Source: Octopus bimaculoides (lineage: Eukaryota). Taken from it: 32,279 nt of DNA. Location of the stretch: contig NC_068987.1 of assembly GCF_001194135.2 (NCBI RefSeq), forward strand, positions 42,814,560 to 42,846,838. The letters are read 5' to 3'. Of the stretch, positions 21,433 to 31,285 are shown one piece after another. The notes under the pieces are model-generated. The model made no database searches. It saw only the letters and a list, made by a program, of their open reading frames with translations, and was not told where the DNA came from. The position numbers and the translations under genes were made by a program. How positions within the stretch are numbered: the first letter of the stretch is position 1; every line of letters begins with the position of its first letter.

Positions 21433-24352
21433 NNNNNNNNNNNNNNNNNNNNNNNNNNNNNNNNNNNNNNNNNNNNNNNNNNNNNNNNNNNNNNNNNNNN
21501 NNNNNNNNNNNNNNNNNNNNNNNNNNNNNNNNNNNNNNNNNNNNNNNNNNNNNNNNNNNNNNNNNNNNNNNNNNNNNNNNNNNNNNNNNNNNNNNNNNNN
21601 NNNNNNNNNNNNNNNNNNNNNNNNNNNNNNNNNNNNNNNNNNNNNNNNNNNNNNNNNNNNNNNNNNNNNNNNNNNNNNNNNNNNNNNNNNNNNNNNNNNN
21701 NNNNNNNNNNNNNNNNNNNNNNNNNNNNNNNNNNNNNNNNNNNNNNNNNNNNNNNNNNNNNNNNNNNNNNNNNNNNNNNNNNNNNNNNNNNNNNNNNNNN
21801 NNNNNNNNNNNNNNNNNNNNNNNNNNNNNNNNNNNNNNNNNNNNNNNNNNNNNNNNNNNNNNNNNNNNNNNNNNNNNNNNNNNNNNNNNNNNNNNNNNNN
21901 NNNNNNNNNNNNNNNNNNNNNNNNNNNNNNNNNNNNNNNNNNNNNNNNNNNNNNNNNNNNNNNNNNNNNNNNNNNNNNNNNNNNNNNNNNNNNNNNNNNN
22001 NNNNNNNNNNNNNNNNNNNNNNNNNNNNNNNNNNNNNNNNNNNNNNNNNNNNNNNNNNNNNNNNNNNNNNNNNNNNNNNNNNNNNNNNNNNNNNNNNNNN
22101 NNNNNNNNNNNNNNNNNNNNNNNNNNNNNNNNNNNNNNNNNNNNNNNNNNNNNNNNNNNNTAAAACGAAGCTATGGCTTAATCAGCCAAAGGAGTAAATG
22201 TAAACAACTGAATACTTGTCAGTGATTGGTTGAAATTATCGAAATAAGACAATTTTTTACATGAAATAAATTCGAATACAAAAATATTTTTCTGTTCTAT
22301 AACACAAAATAGATAAGTATATGAAGTTTGAAAGTCTTTCGGTACCAAAAACACTACGTAAAACATTAATGAAAAATGTGGCCCCCATTTTAAAAAAGAT
22401 CCAATTTATTTAATAAAATCACCATTGAGTTCAACCACAGCTCCAGACAACTTTGAAATCTGTCTGTCTGTCACCCACCAATGGGAAAAACAACACCATA
22501 ATGCAATTCACTCTTCCAGAAATTTGAAAATGACATGCGTACTGCTTGACACTCACGCTGGGAGCTCCAGTATGAATATTTCAGCATGTTTGGGTGTCAA
22601 TCTGAGGACAGTGTAATCTAAGAACATGTACCAAGAGTGATAAAAGCCAAACATCCAGTCAACACCCTATGTCTGGCAACAGGACTCTGCACCATACCAC
22701 ACAAGCAGGAGAACCCAGTCATGGCTGTCAGACAATTTCTGCGACCACATCAGCCCTAACATCTGGCCAACTAATTTCCCAGACTGCAGCCCCCATGATT
22801 ATTGTTTGGCACAGTTGAACAAGAGTCCAACAAAACTTCTTGTAACACCAAAGATGAACTGAAGGCAAGGATTATGGCAGCATTCACCAACTTAAACAAG
22901 GAGACCGTCCAGAAGAGTTGCAGGAGATTCTGAAGTTATCTGGAGGCCGTAGTTGAAGCCAATGGCCATTTTATTGAATGAATTCATTCTTTAGTATTTC
23001 AAGATATTTTTATGTAATTTTTGTAAATATATCTCTTAAAATGAGATGTCAGTGTTATTTTCATTTTTGTGCAATTTAGATGACAGTTTATTCACCACAC
23101 CCTGTATATATATATATATATATATNNNNNNNNNNNNNNNNNNNNNNNNNNNNNNNNNNNNNNNNNNNNNNNNNNNNNNNNNNNNNNNNNNNNNNNNNNN
23201 NNNNNNNNNNNNNNNNNNNNNNNNNNNNNNNNNNNNNNNNNNNNNNNNNNNNNNNNNNNNNNNNNNNNNNNNNNNNNNNNNNNNNNNNNNNNNNNNNNNN
23301 NNNNNNNNNNNNNNNNNNNNNNNNNNNNNNNNNNNNNNNNNNNNNNNNNNNNNNNNNNNNNNNNNNNNNNNNNNNNNNNNNNNNNNNNNNNNNNNNNNNN
23401 NNNNNNNNNNNNNNNNNNNNNNNNNNNNNNNNNNNNNNNNNNNNNNNNNNNNNNNNNNNNNNNNNNNNNNNNNNNNNNNNNNNNNNNNNNNNNNNNNNNN
23501 NNNNNNNNNNNNNNNNNNNNNNNNNNNNNNNNNNNNNNNNNNNNNNNNNNNNNNNNNNNNNNNNNNNNNNNNGGTCAAAATACAATAATAATAATAATAA
23601 TAATAAAATGAATGTATATATATCAACTATCAATAAATAACAAATGAATTTACTTAAAAATACTTATTTTACCAATAAATAAAAGAAAAACATTTAACAA
23701 TATTACTGAAAATAAATGCAATACTTATCTTATCAAAGAGAACTCTGACTTATCCATTATAATAGTGTGCTGTCACTACTAACAGCTAGAAGCTGTTAGC
23801 TAAATCTGATAATCATTTTCAGCAAAAATAAGTGACTTTGCTATGGGTACATCACAGAATCAGTGACTCTATTCAAACTTACCTCTTTGGCAATTAGTCC
23901 TGTGTTTTGTTCAGTCAATTCATTTGTGAATTCATTCACCATGTTAGGCGACCTCTATAAAATCTCAACCCTGCTTCACCAATCTCTTTGCAACTGTAAA
24001 TGTTACCACCACCCTACAACATACAATCACTGAACTATAAACCATAACAACATTGCAAACAGCGCTGCACATTGCGAGCCACTTCATCAGTAAAGCAAGT
24101 ACTTTGACAAACTGAAGTAAAGAACTGTAGTAACATTGGAAACACATACCTGCACTAAACCCTGTCTAATGACACTGCAAGCATAACACCAACCACACTT
24201 CACCCATTAACTAAATTTCCCTCTAACGATACTGCAGATAAGATACCAACCGTACTCCACTCTTTAATTAAATCCCTCTAATTACATTACAGGCACTCAG
24301 CATAACAAAATGCTGTTTCTAAAAAGTTGTTTTACTCCTTAACTGATTCCAC
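20989..24352 (+). other. POLR3A: U12-type (minor spliceosome) AT-AC intron, last intron of POLR3A
   Basis: 5' splice site ATATCCTTTT (20989-20998); branch site TCCTTAAC (24336-24343) about 10 nt before the terminal AC (24351-24352); no polypyrimidine tract; splicing restores an RPC1-like C-terminus in frame. Confidence 0.93.
22440..23104 (+). mobile_element. Internally deleted maT/mori (DD37D, Bmmar1-like) Tc1/mariner element
   Basis: YVWQQD(22683)SAPYHTSRRTQSWLSDNFCDHISPNIWPTNFPDCSPHD(22797)Y has exactly 37 residues between the last two Asp; ends LEAVVEANGHFIE* (22981); right terminus ...caccacaccctg followed by TA. Left TIR not visible. Confidence 0.85.
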
Positions 24353-24434
24353 AGCCAGCCATCCACCTACCCCTATCAACCGAGCCCTTGTGTTTGATCT
24401 GGAAGAACTACACACCCCAGAGTCACAATTATGA
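24353..24434 (+). CDS. POLR3A: POLR3A terminal coding exon (R-ASHPPTPINRALVFDLEELHTPESQL*)
   Basis: In frame only when joined through the AT-AC intron; aligns without gaps to the human C-terminus as I recall it ([23 protein letters not shown]); TGA at 24432-24434. Confidence 0.9.
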
Positions 24435-24470
24435 CACACAAACTTGTAGAATATTTATTTTCTGTTTTTT

Positions 24471-24476
24471 AATAAA
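24471..24476 (+). terminator. Polyadenylation signal of POLR3A
   Basis: AATAAA 36 nt after the stop, an A-run at 24491 as plausible cleavage point, and a U-rich tract at about 24514-24540. Confidence 0.7.
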
Positions 24477-24543
24477 GCCTTTTTTTCCCTAAAAAAAAAC
24501 TAAAAAATGCAAATTTTTATTTATTTGTTTATTATTTTCTTAA

Positions 24544-24768
24544 CCCTTTAGCATTTAAGCTGGTTATATCCAGCCCTGATATTCTACCTTGTTTTATGCT
24601 CAAACTGGCCAGGTTTGGCCTTTCACACTGACCTCAGCAATGTCATTTCAAAAAACTAAACAATCGCATCATTGAAATCTCAGAAGCTATGAAATAATGC
24701 AGGATTAATTCAAAACGATGTAAATAAATAAGCATTATATGTGACAGAATAATCTGAATGCTAAAGGG
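24544..24768. mobile_element. piggyBac-type MITE, 225 bp
   Basis: TTAA (24540-24543) | CCCTTTAGCATT ... AATGCTAAAGGG | TTAA (24769-24772): perfect 12-bp TIRs and TTAA target duplication. Confidence 0.9.
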
Positions 24769-24924
24769 TTAAATCCGAAAACAAGGAATGGACGAGTGTT
24801 GTAATTTTTGTCTTTTGTATAATTTTAAAATCATTTTTATTTATTTATTTTTTACTTACTGGGTCTGAAGAAAGGACCAGTGCCCATTCTTTTTGTTTGT
24901 TTGTTTGTTTGTTTAATATTATTA

Positions 24925-25866
24925 TAGGCACAGGTGTGGCTGTCTGGTAAGAAGTTTGCTTCCCAGCAATATGGTTTTGGGTTCAGTCCCAAAACCATAT
25001 TGGGCAAATGTTTTCTACTGTAGCCCCAGACTGACTGATGCTATGTGAGTGGATTTGGTAAACAGAAACTCTATCTCTTACTCTCTCTCAGCTGTGTGAA
25101 AAAGTGTCACACCCTAGCAGTTGAGGGAACCTGTGGAAGAGGTAGACTCAGGAAGATCTGGGATGAGGTGGTGAAGCATGACCTTCGAACATTGGGCCTT
25201 ACTGAGGCAATGACTAGTGACCAAGACCTTTGGAGATATGCTGTGCTTGAGAAGATGCAACAAGCCAAGTGAGACCATAGCCCGTGGCCTATGCCAGTGG
25301 GTGTAACCAGCCCACTTATGAGTACCCCTCATTCATTGGACAATAAACTTTGCTTGCGAAGACCTAGTGGGGCAAGTGAAATCAAATCAAAATCGCTGAC
25401 GTGGCCTGATTGGCACTCATGTCAGTGGAACGTTAAAAGCACATCCGAGCGTGATCATTGGCAGGGACATAGATTGGCTCCTGTGCCAGTGGCACATAAA
25501 AAGCACCATTCAAACATGATCGTTGCCAGCTTCGCCTTACTGGCACATGTGCTGGTAGCACGTGAGAAACAACATTTGAGATTGGTCGTTGCTAGTGCTG
25601 CTGGGCTGGCACCCGTGCAGGAAACATGTAAAAAACACCTTTTGACCATGGTCATTGCCAGAACCACCTGACTGGCCCTTGTGCTGGTGGCATGTAAAAG
25701 CATCCACTGCACTCTTGGAGTGGTTAGTTTTAGGAAGGGCATCCAGCTGTAGAAACTTTGCCAGCTCAGATTGAGCCTGATGCAGCCTTCTGACTCATCA
25801 GTCCTCAGTCAAACCGTCCAACCCATGCCAGCATGGAAAGTGGACGTTAAACAACAATGATGATGA
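24925..25866 (+). mobile_element. SINE head (about 24925-25075) abutting an RTE 3' end (C-terminal ORF, 3' UTR with internal repeats, tail)
   Basis: Head ggcacaggtgtggctgtctggtaagaag...gggttcagtccc; then VEGTCGRGRLRKIWDEVVKHDLRTLGLTEAMTSDQDLWRYAVLEK*, homologous to 2170-2324. Confidence 0.85.
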
Positions 25867-25874
25867 GGATACCA

Positions 25875-26100
25875 TCATCATCATTTGGTGTCTGCTTTTC
25901 ATGCTGGCATAGGCTACAGTTTGATTGGAATTGGTTAGCTGGTGAGCAGTACTATGTGCTAGTCTGATTTTGACTTGGTTTCTATGACTGGATGCCTTTC
26001 CTAATGCCAACCATTCCAAGAGTGTAGTGGGTGCCTTTAATGTGTTGCCAGCACAGGTGTTTCTACATGTCACTGGCACGGGTACTTATACATGTCACTG
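25875..26100 (-). mobile_element. RTE-type tail in reverse orientation, directly after the plus-strand tail
   Basis: Reverse complement of about 25680-25866 (catgctggcat, ctggatgcc.ttcctaa, ccaagagtg.agtgg.tgc). Confidence 0.8.
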
Positions 26101-26115
26101 GCATGTATTAATATA

Positions 26116-27012
26116 TGAAGTCTGATCAATAAGTATCCGGACTGTTGCCATAGTAACAAAACTAAAGCATGCAGAGTGAAGCTGCATGGTACAGATTGAT
26201 CTTGAACTCTACTGTGCATGCACACTAAGTTTTAACATTCTAGCTCACTTCTGCTGTTTATAGTAGTGCTTGGAAGGAAGGTGTGTAGAGTGTGATCATT
26301 GCATTGGCGATGACAGAGAAAGTTGTCATGGTGATACCTGCTCAGAGGCCTATGCAAGGTTGCAGAAAGTGTATGGAGAGCAGTGTATGAGCCGCACACA
26401 AGTGTATGAATGGTTCAGACATTTCCAAGATGGCCAAAAAAATGTTGATATTGACAAACGTTCTGAGAGACCTGCAACCAGCAGAACTGAAAAAACATTG
26501 CAGATGTGTGTGTGCAGCTATGAGGGAAAATCATCGAATTACCATCTGTGAGTTATTAGAGGATGAGCAAGATTAGTTACAGTTGAGTTCAGTCCTTTAT
26601 CACTGAAGATTTGGGTATGAGACATATGTCTGCCAAGTTTGTGCCAAAACTGCTTTCAGCTGACCAAAAGGATATGGGGTTTTCAGTCACACAAGGTCTC
26701 CTTGATTGTGTCGAGAATGATGAAAACTTTTTGAAAACTTTGCATAGGCCTCTGAGCAGGTATCACCAAGCTTTTGGCAAAATTTGATGCAGATTCTCTG
26801 CTCAACTTTCTCTGTCATGATCAATACAATGATCACACACTACACACGTTCCTTCCAAGCACTGCTGTAAACAGTGGAAGTGAGCTAGAATGGTAAAACT
26901 TAGTGCACATGCACAGCAGAGTTCAAGGTCAATCTGTGCCAAGCAGCTTCACTCTACGTGCTTTAGCTTCGTTACTATGGCAATAGTCCAGATACTTATT
27001 GATCAGACCACG
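26116..27012. mobile_element. Non-autonomous mariner derivative with about 250-276-bp inverted arms
   Basis: Termini ta|tgaagtctgatcaataagtatc ... gatacttattgatcagaccacg; internal transposase N-half (GDTCSEAYARLQKVYGEQCMSRTQVYEWF...DLGMRHMSAKFVPKLLSADQK...ENDENFLK). Confidence 0.92.
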
Positions 27013-27929
27013 TGTATATATATATATATATATATATATTAATACATAGCTGTATCTCTGTGTTTGTTCCCTATCACTGCTTGGCAACCAGTGTTGGTTT
27101 GTTTATGTCCCTGTAATTTAGCAGTTCAGTAGAATAAGTACCAGGTTAAAAAAATAAATAAGTGCTGGGGTTTATTTGTTCAACCGAAACCCTTTAAGTT
27201 GGTACCCCAGCATGGCTACAATCTAATGACTGAAACAAGTGGCAGATGAAAGATTAAAAATATTAAGCTTTTTATTTTCAATTAATTTCTTTTGTTTCTA
27301 CTTGCTGGGCCTGGAGTATGGAGCGATACTCATAACTTTTATGTACTTCTATAATTTTCAGTTTACTTATTCTTCTCACTTGCTGGGTCTGGAAGAAGGG
27401 GCAGTGCCCTTGGTTTTTGCAGGACCTCCAAGAGCAGTAATATTGATGTGTTTAATTGAAACTGTTGCTACTCCACACCTGTAGAGAAGATCTTAATAGG
27501 GGGAAGATTCCAGAGTTGTTGTTTAATCCCAAGATAAACTTGATCGAGTAAATATGTGATCAAAGACATTTTAGCTGTGACCATCTTTCTTTTTAGTGTA
27601 TGTAAGATTATGTCCTTTGTTGTCTCCTTTTCTTAGAAGTGTTATTTCTAGCAGGTCAAACACCCGTGTAGAGACAGTAGAAGGTAAATTCCTGAGGAGA
27701 TGGGTTTCACTGGAATAAAAGCTTGTTTAACTCCAAGTTAGCTAAGATCAAAGCCTCTCTATCTATGACCATCCCATCTTTTTCCTGTGTAAAGAATTCA
27801 GGACTACATTATGCACATCCTTTTCTAGGTGTTTGGCAGTTCTAGAGAGCACATAAAGGCATCTTCCTTGGTTTGAGTGAAATGTGTTAATAGATGGTAG
27901 TGATTTTTGGTAGTCATAGTCAACTCTAC

Positions 27930-28583
27930 CTCAGTACACATGTAGCACCAATGAAAAATTCTTATGTGTGCATGTAATATTGAGTTAGCTTCCTCAGTAC
28001 ATAAGTACTGAGGAATTACAACTTTCCTACATCACATACAGCAGAGATGTAAATTCTTCAGTATGCATGTAGAACCAGTGAAGATTCCTCAACACATATG
28101 TAACACCAATGTAGCTTCATTAATGACATATAACTTCATTAATAATGTGTACCAATCATGTACATTTCCTGGTGTACATGTAATGCTGATGTAGCTTTCT
28201 GAATATGCATATAGGTTTCTCAATATGCTGGTTCACATGTAGTATTGATGTAACTTTGTTGGTACACATTTTGCACTGATGTAACTTTATTTCTACACAT
28301 GTGCTGAAGTAACTCCCTCTGTGCACATACACCTGATATGGTTTTCTTGGCACACATTTAGCTCTGATTTAGCTTCATCTGTTCACACATAGCTCTGTGT
28401 AGTGAGGAGTTACATTGATACTACATGTGTATTGAGGAAGATACATCAGTATTACATGTAAATCGAAGAATTTACATCAGTACTATATGTGTGCTGAGGA
28501 AGTTACAGTATTTTACTCCTGCTAATGAGTGTGCCTCTACGTGCTCATTAAACCTGGTAGAAGTTGCAGCCAAGCCTCTCAGC

Positions 28584-28657
<74 letters not shown>

Positions 28658-29480
28658 TTATGCGTATATATATATATATATATATATAGTACACATGTTG
28701 CACTGATCAAGTTTCCTTTGTACACATATAACACGCATGTATCACAGTTGTAAATTCATCAAAATGCATGTGGTACCAATATAACTTCTTCGATACACAT
28801 GTAACACTGGTTTAGATTCTTCAGTACACATGTAACATTGTGAATATATATGTAAGACTGATGTAGCTTCCATAGCATGCATGTTGTCCTGATGTAGTTT
28901 CTCAGTATGCGTAGCTTCGTTTGTACGTGTGTAGCATCGATGTAACACCATCGGCTCACATGTAGCATCGATGTAGTTTCTGCAGTGCATATGCAGCACT
29001 AATGTAGCGTCGTTAGTACACGTAGCATTAATGTAACTTTCTAAGTGTACGTGTAACATTGATGTAGCATCATCTCTATATGAGTAGTAATGTTGTAACA
29101 ACTTAATGTAACCCTGATTTAACATCTTTGGTATGCATGTAGTACTGATGATTCCTCAACATGTATGTAGCACCAATGTCGAACTGTAGAACTGTTGTAA
29201 ATTCCTCTGCTCGTGTAGCACCAATGTAGCTTCCTCAATACGCATGTTGCATTAGAGTAGCTCTCCCAGTGTGCATATATTGTACTGATCTAAGTTTCTC
29301 AGGACAAATGTAGCACGGTTGTAGCTTCATCTGTATATATGTAGCTTCAATGTTACTTAGTACACATGTAACATTGATGTACCTTTCTCACTATGTATGT
29401 AGCAGTGAAGTAATTTTCTCAATATCAATGTATCAACTGATGCAGATGTTTCAGTGTGTATGTAACGTCCTAAACACCCA
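27930..29480. repeat. Degenerate minisatellite with a unit of about 31 bp (approx. cagtacacatgtagcactgatgtagcttcct)
   Basis: Consecutive units near 28930-29060 measure 31, 31, 29 and 31 bp; interrupted by an inverted block, a short repeat fragment and (TA)n(TG)n at about 28588-28690. Confidence 0.85.
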
Positions 29481-30477
29481 TGTAATAAAAAGATAAAAAT
29501 GTACACATACTTATATATGTCTTTATATCATTTACACATATATAAATATAACCATAAATACAATCAAAGAAGAAAAAATTCTAACGTACTATCTAGGAGT
29601 ATTCTTGCTTCAGTTGTTATATTTATATGACATCTCTCCCTCTCCACATATCTCTCTCTCTCTCTCTTTCTTTCACACACACACATACACACTTAACGTC
29701 TGTATTTAGACTATTGGACTGACTGCAAGAGTAGATTGTGATGTGTGCACAAGAGATTAATGTCTGCGGCTAGATTGTAGGACTGGCACCAAGAGAAGAT
29801 TGCGACGTGTGTGCAACTAACCGCTGGATTGGCAGCAAGGAAGATTGTTGAGTGAACTAAAAGTATTTCAACTTTTAGTTTCCCTCTTCTTCGTTTTGTG
29901 GTCGTCTTGACTTTACTTTCTCATCTCTTCCAAGACAGAGAGCCAGTTCTGGAGTTGATCCAACCAACTCTGTAACTACCATAGCGTATTTAGTATTGTG
30001 CTCAATCAAATGAAATCAATATTTTATTTTAGGAGGATTGTATTATCAAGTGTAGTGTTAGATATATGACAGAAAATTTGATGGGTGATCACAGATGTTC
30101 AACGTATCCTATTTAAAAGACACTAGGCGTGATTTGAGGGAAATTTGGTAACTATTTTTAGCAGGTCGAGTGACCAGGTAAAACCTCCTTCATAAGCTTG
30201 AATGTTAGGAAGTTCTGTGTGAGTTATATTAGTTGTCATGTAGATATTGGAAATCAATAGATTGTGTGTATTATTTCATATATTTCTCCCTATATTAGAG
30301 TTATGGGTACTGCCGAGTCGATAGTAATGAACTACTGTTTAAAGCATTAAAGGTTCAGTTCTTATCAACGGTGCAGTTACGAAAACGCCTTATGCCAACG
30401 TGCATTTGTCGCTTGTTTATCCCTCATCTCCAACCTTAACGTAATAGCTTCTCTTCTGATAATATCTTTCTTTCATT

Positions 30478-30630
30478 TACTAGCGTATCTAAAGTGTCTG
30501 CCACCCTAAGCGGCCCTTCCGTTTGCCGTCCCCGGACCCCACAAAGAAAAAAAACAACACATTGCCTACAGCAGATCCAAAAGCGCCAGGGNNNNNNNNN
30601 NNNNNNNNNNNNCCCCCCGATACGCTAGTG
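30478..30630. mobile_element. Small GC-rich MITE-like element, superfamily unassigned
   Basis: Inverted ends actagcgtatc (30479-30489) and gatacgctagt (30619-30629), flanked on both sides by CATT; contains an N gap. Confidence 0.5.
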
Positions 30631-31039
30631 CATTCACTCTCAAAATCTCATCTCCCTGGAATTTGCTTTTTGTTCATTTTTTCGCCCAACCAATAATTTG
30701 CAAGGGTTCAAACCAAACATAAAGAAAAATACTAACGGTGATTGTCCCCAGCAACTTAAATACTCAAACACTTTATGAGTGTGTGTGCAGGGTGGAGCAG
30801 ATTGAGCTCACCGAGTATATCACTGGTATTTATTTCATTGACATGGAAGAATGAAAAGCAAAATCAAACCCTCAGATTTGGTAGGATTTGAAAAAAAGAA
30901 TGCAGTGGGATATTTAATCAAACATGAATGTGCTCCATTATTCTTCACTGTAAGACTTATATTATTTGGAGTAAATTATTAAGCGTCATTTTATAACTAA
31001 TTTAACCACTTTCTCTTCCAACCCACTTTTTCAGCATTC

Positions 31040-31067
31040 TCAAATCTCATCATCATTATCATCATAC

Positions 31068-31100
<33 letters not shown>

Positions 31101-31285
31101 TCACATTACTACAATCATCATGGTCGTCGTCGTCATCATCACGACCACCATCACTCAAAACCACCATCATCGTAATCATCATTATCACTATCACCATACA
31201 CATAACCACAACAACCCCCACCGCCCGGTCACCACCACTACCATCATCATCATCATCATCAACAACAACAACGCCATTCTAGTAC
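31040..31285. repeat. Compound trinucleotide tract (CAT/CAC/CGT/AAC)
   Basis: Direct reading; a comparable GTA/GTG/ATG tract lies at about 20640-20740, and many (TA)n, (TG)n and (CA)n runs occur throughout. Confidence 0.9.

Noticed and set aside
21222-23640. Long ORFs in the ORF track made of X
   Set aside because: Artefacts of N gaps and flanking microsatellites.
23835-23865. Partial complementarity to exon 7978-8003 as a possible editing-complementary sequence
   Set aside because: Only a 12-nt plus a 7-nt match, 16 kb apart; consistent with chance.
24355-24397. Shifted frame YSQPSTYPYQPSP resembling Pol II CTD heptads
   Set aside because: No true YSPTSPS unit; it is a by-product of C-rich codons, and the conserved RPC1 tail is in the other frame.
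27930-29480. Possible CRISPR-like array
   Set aside because: Units are contiguous and degenerate with no unique spacers, in a spliceosomal eukaryotic context; it is a minisatellite.
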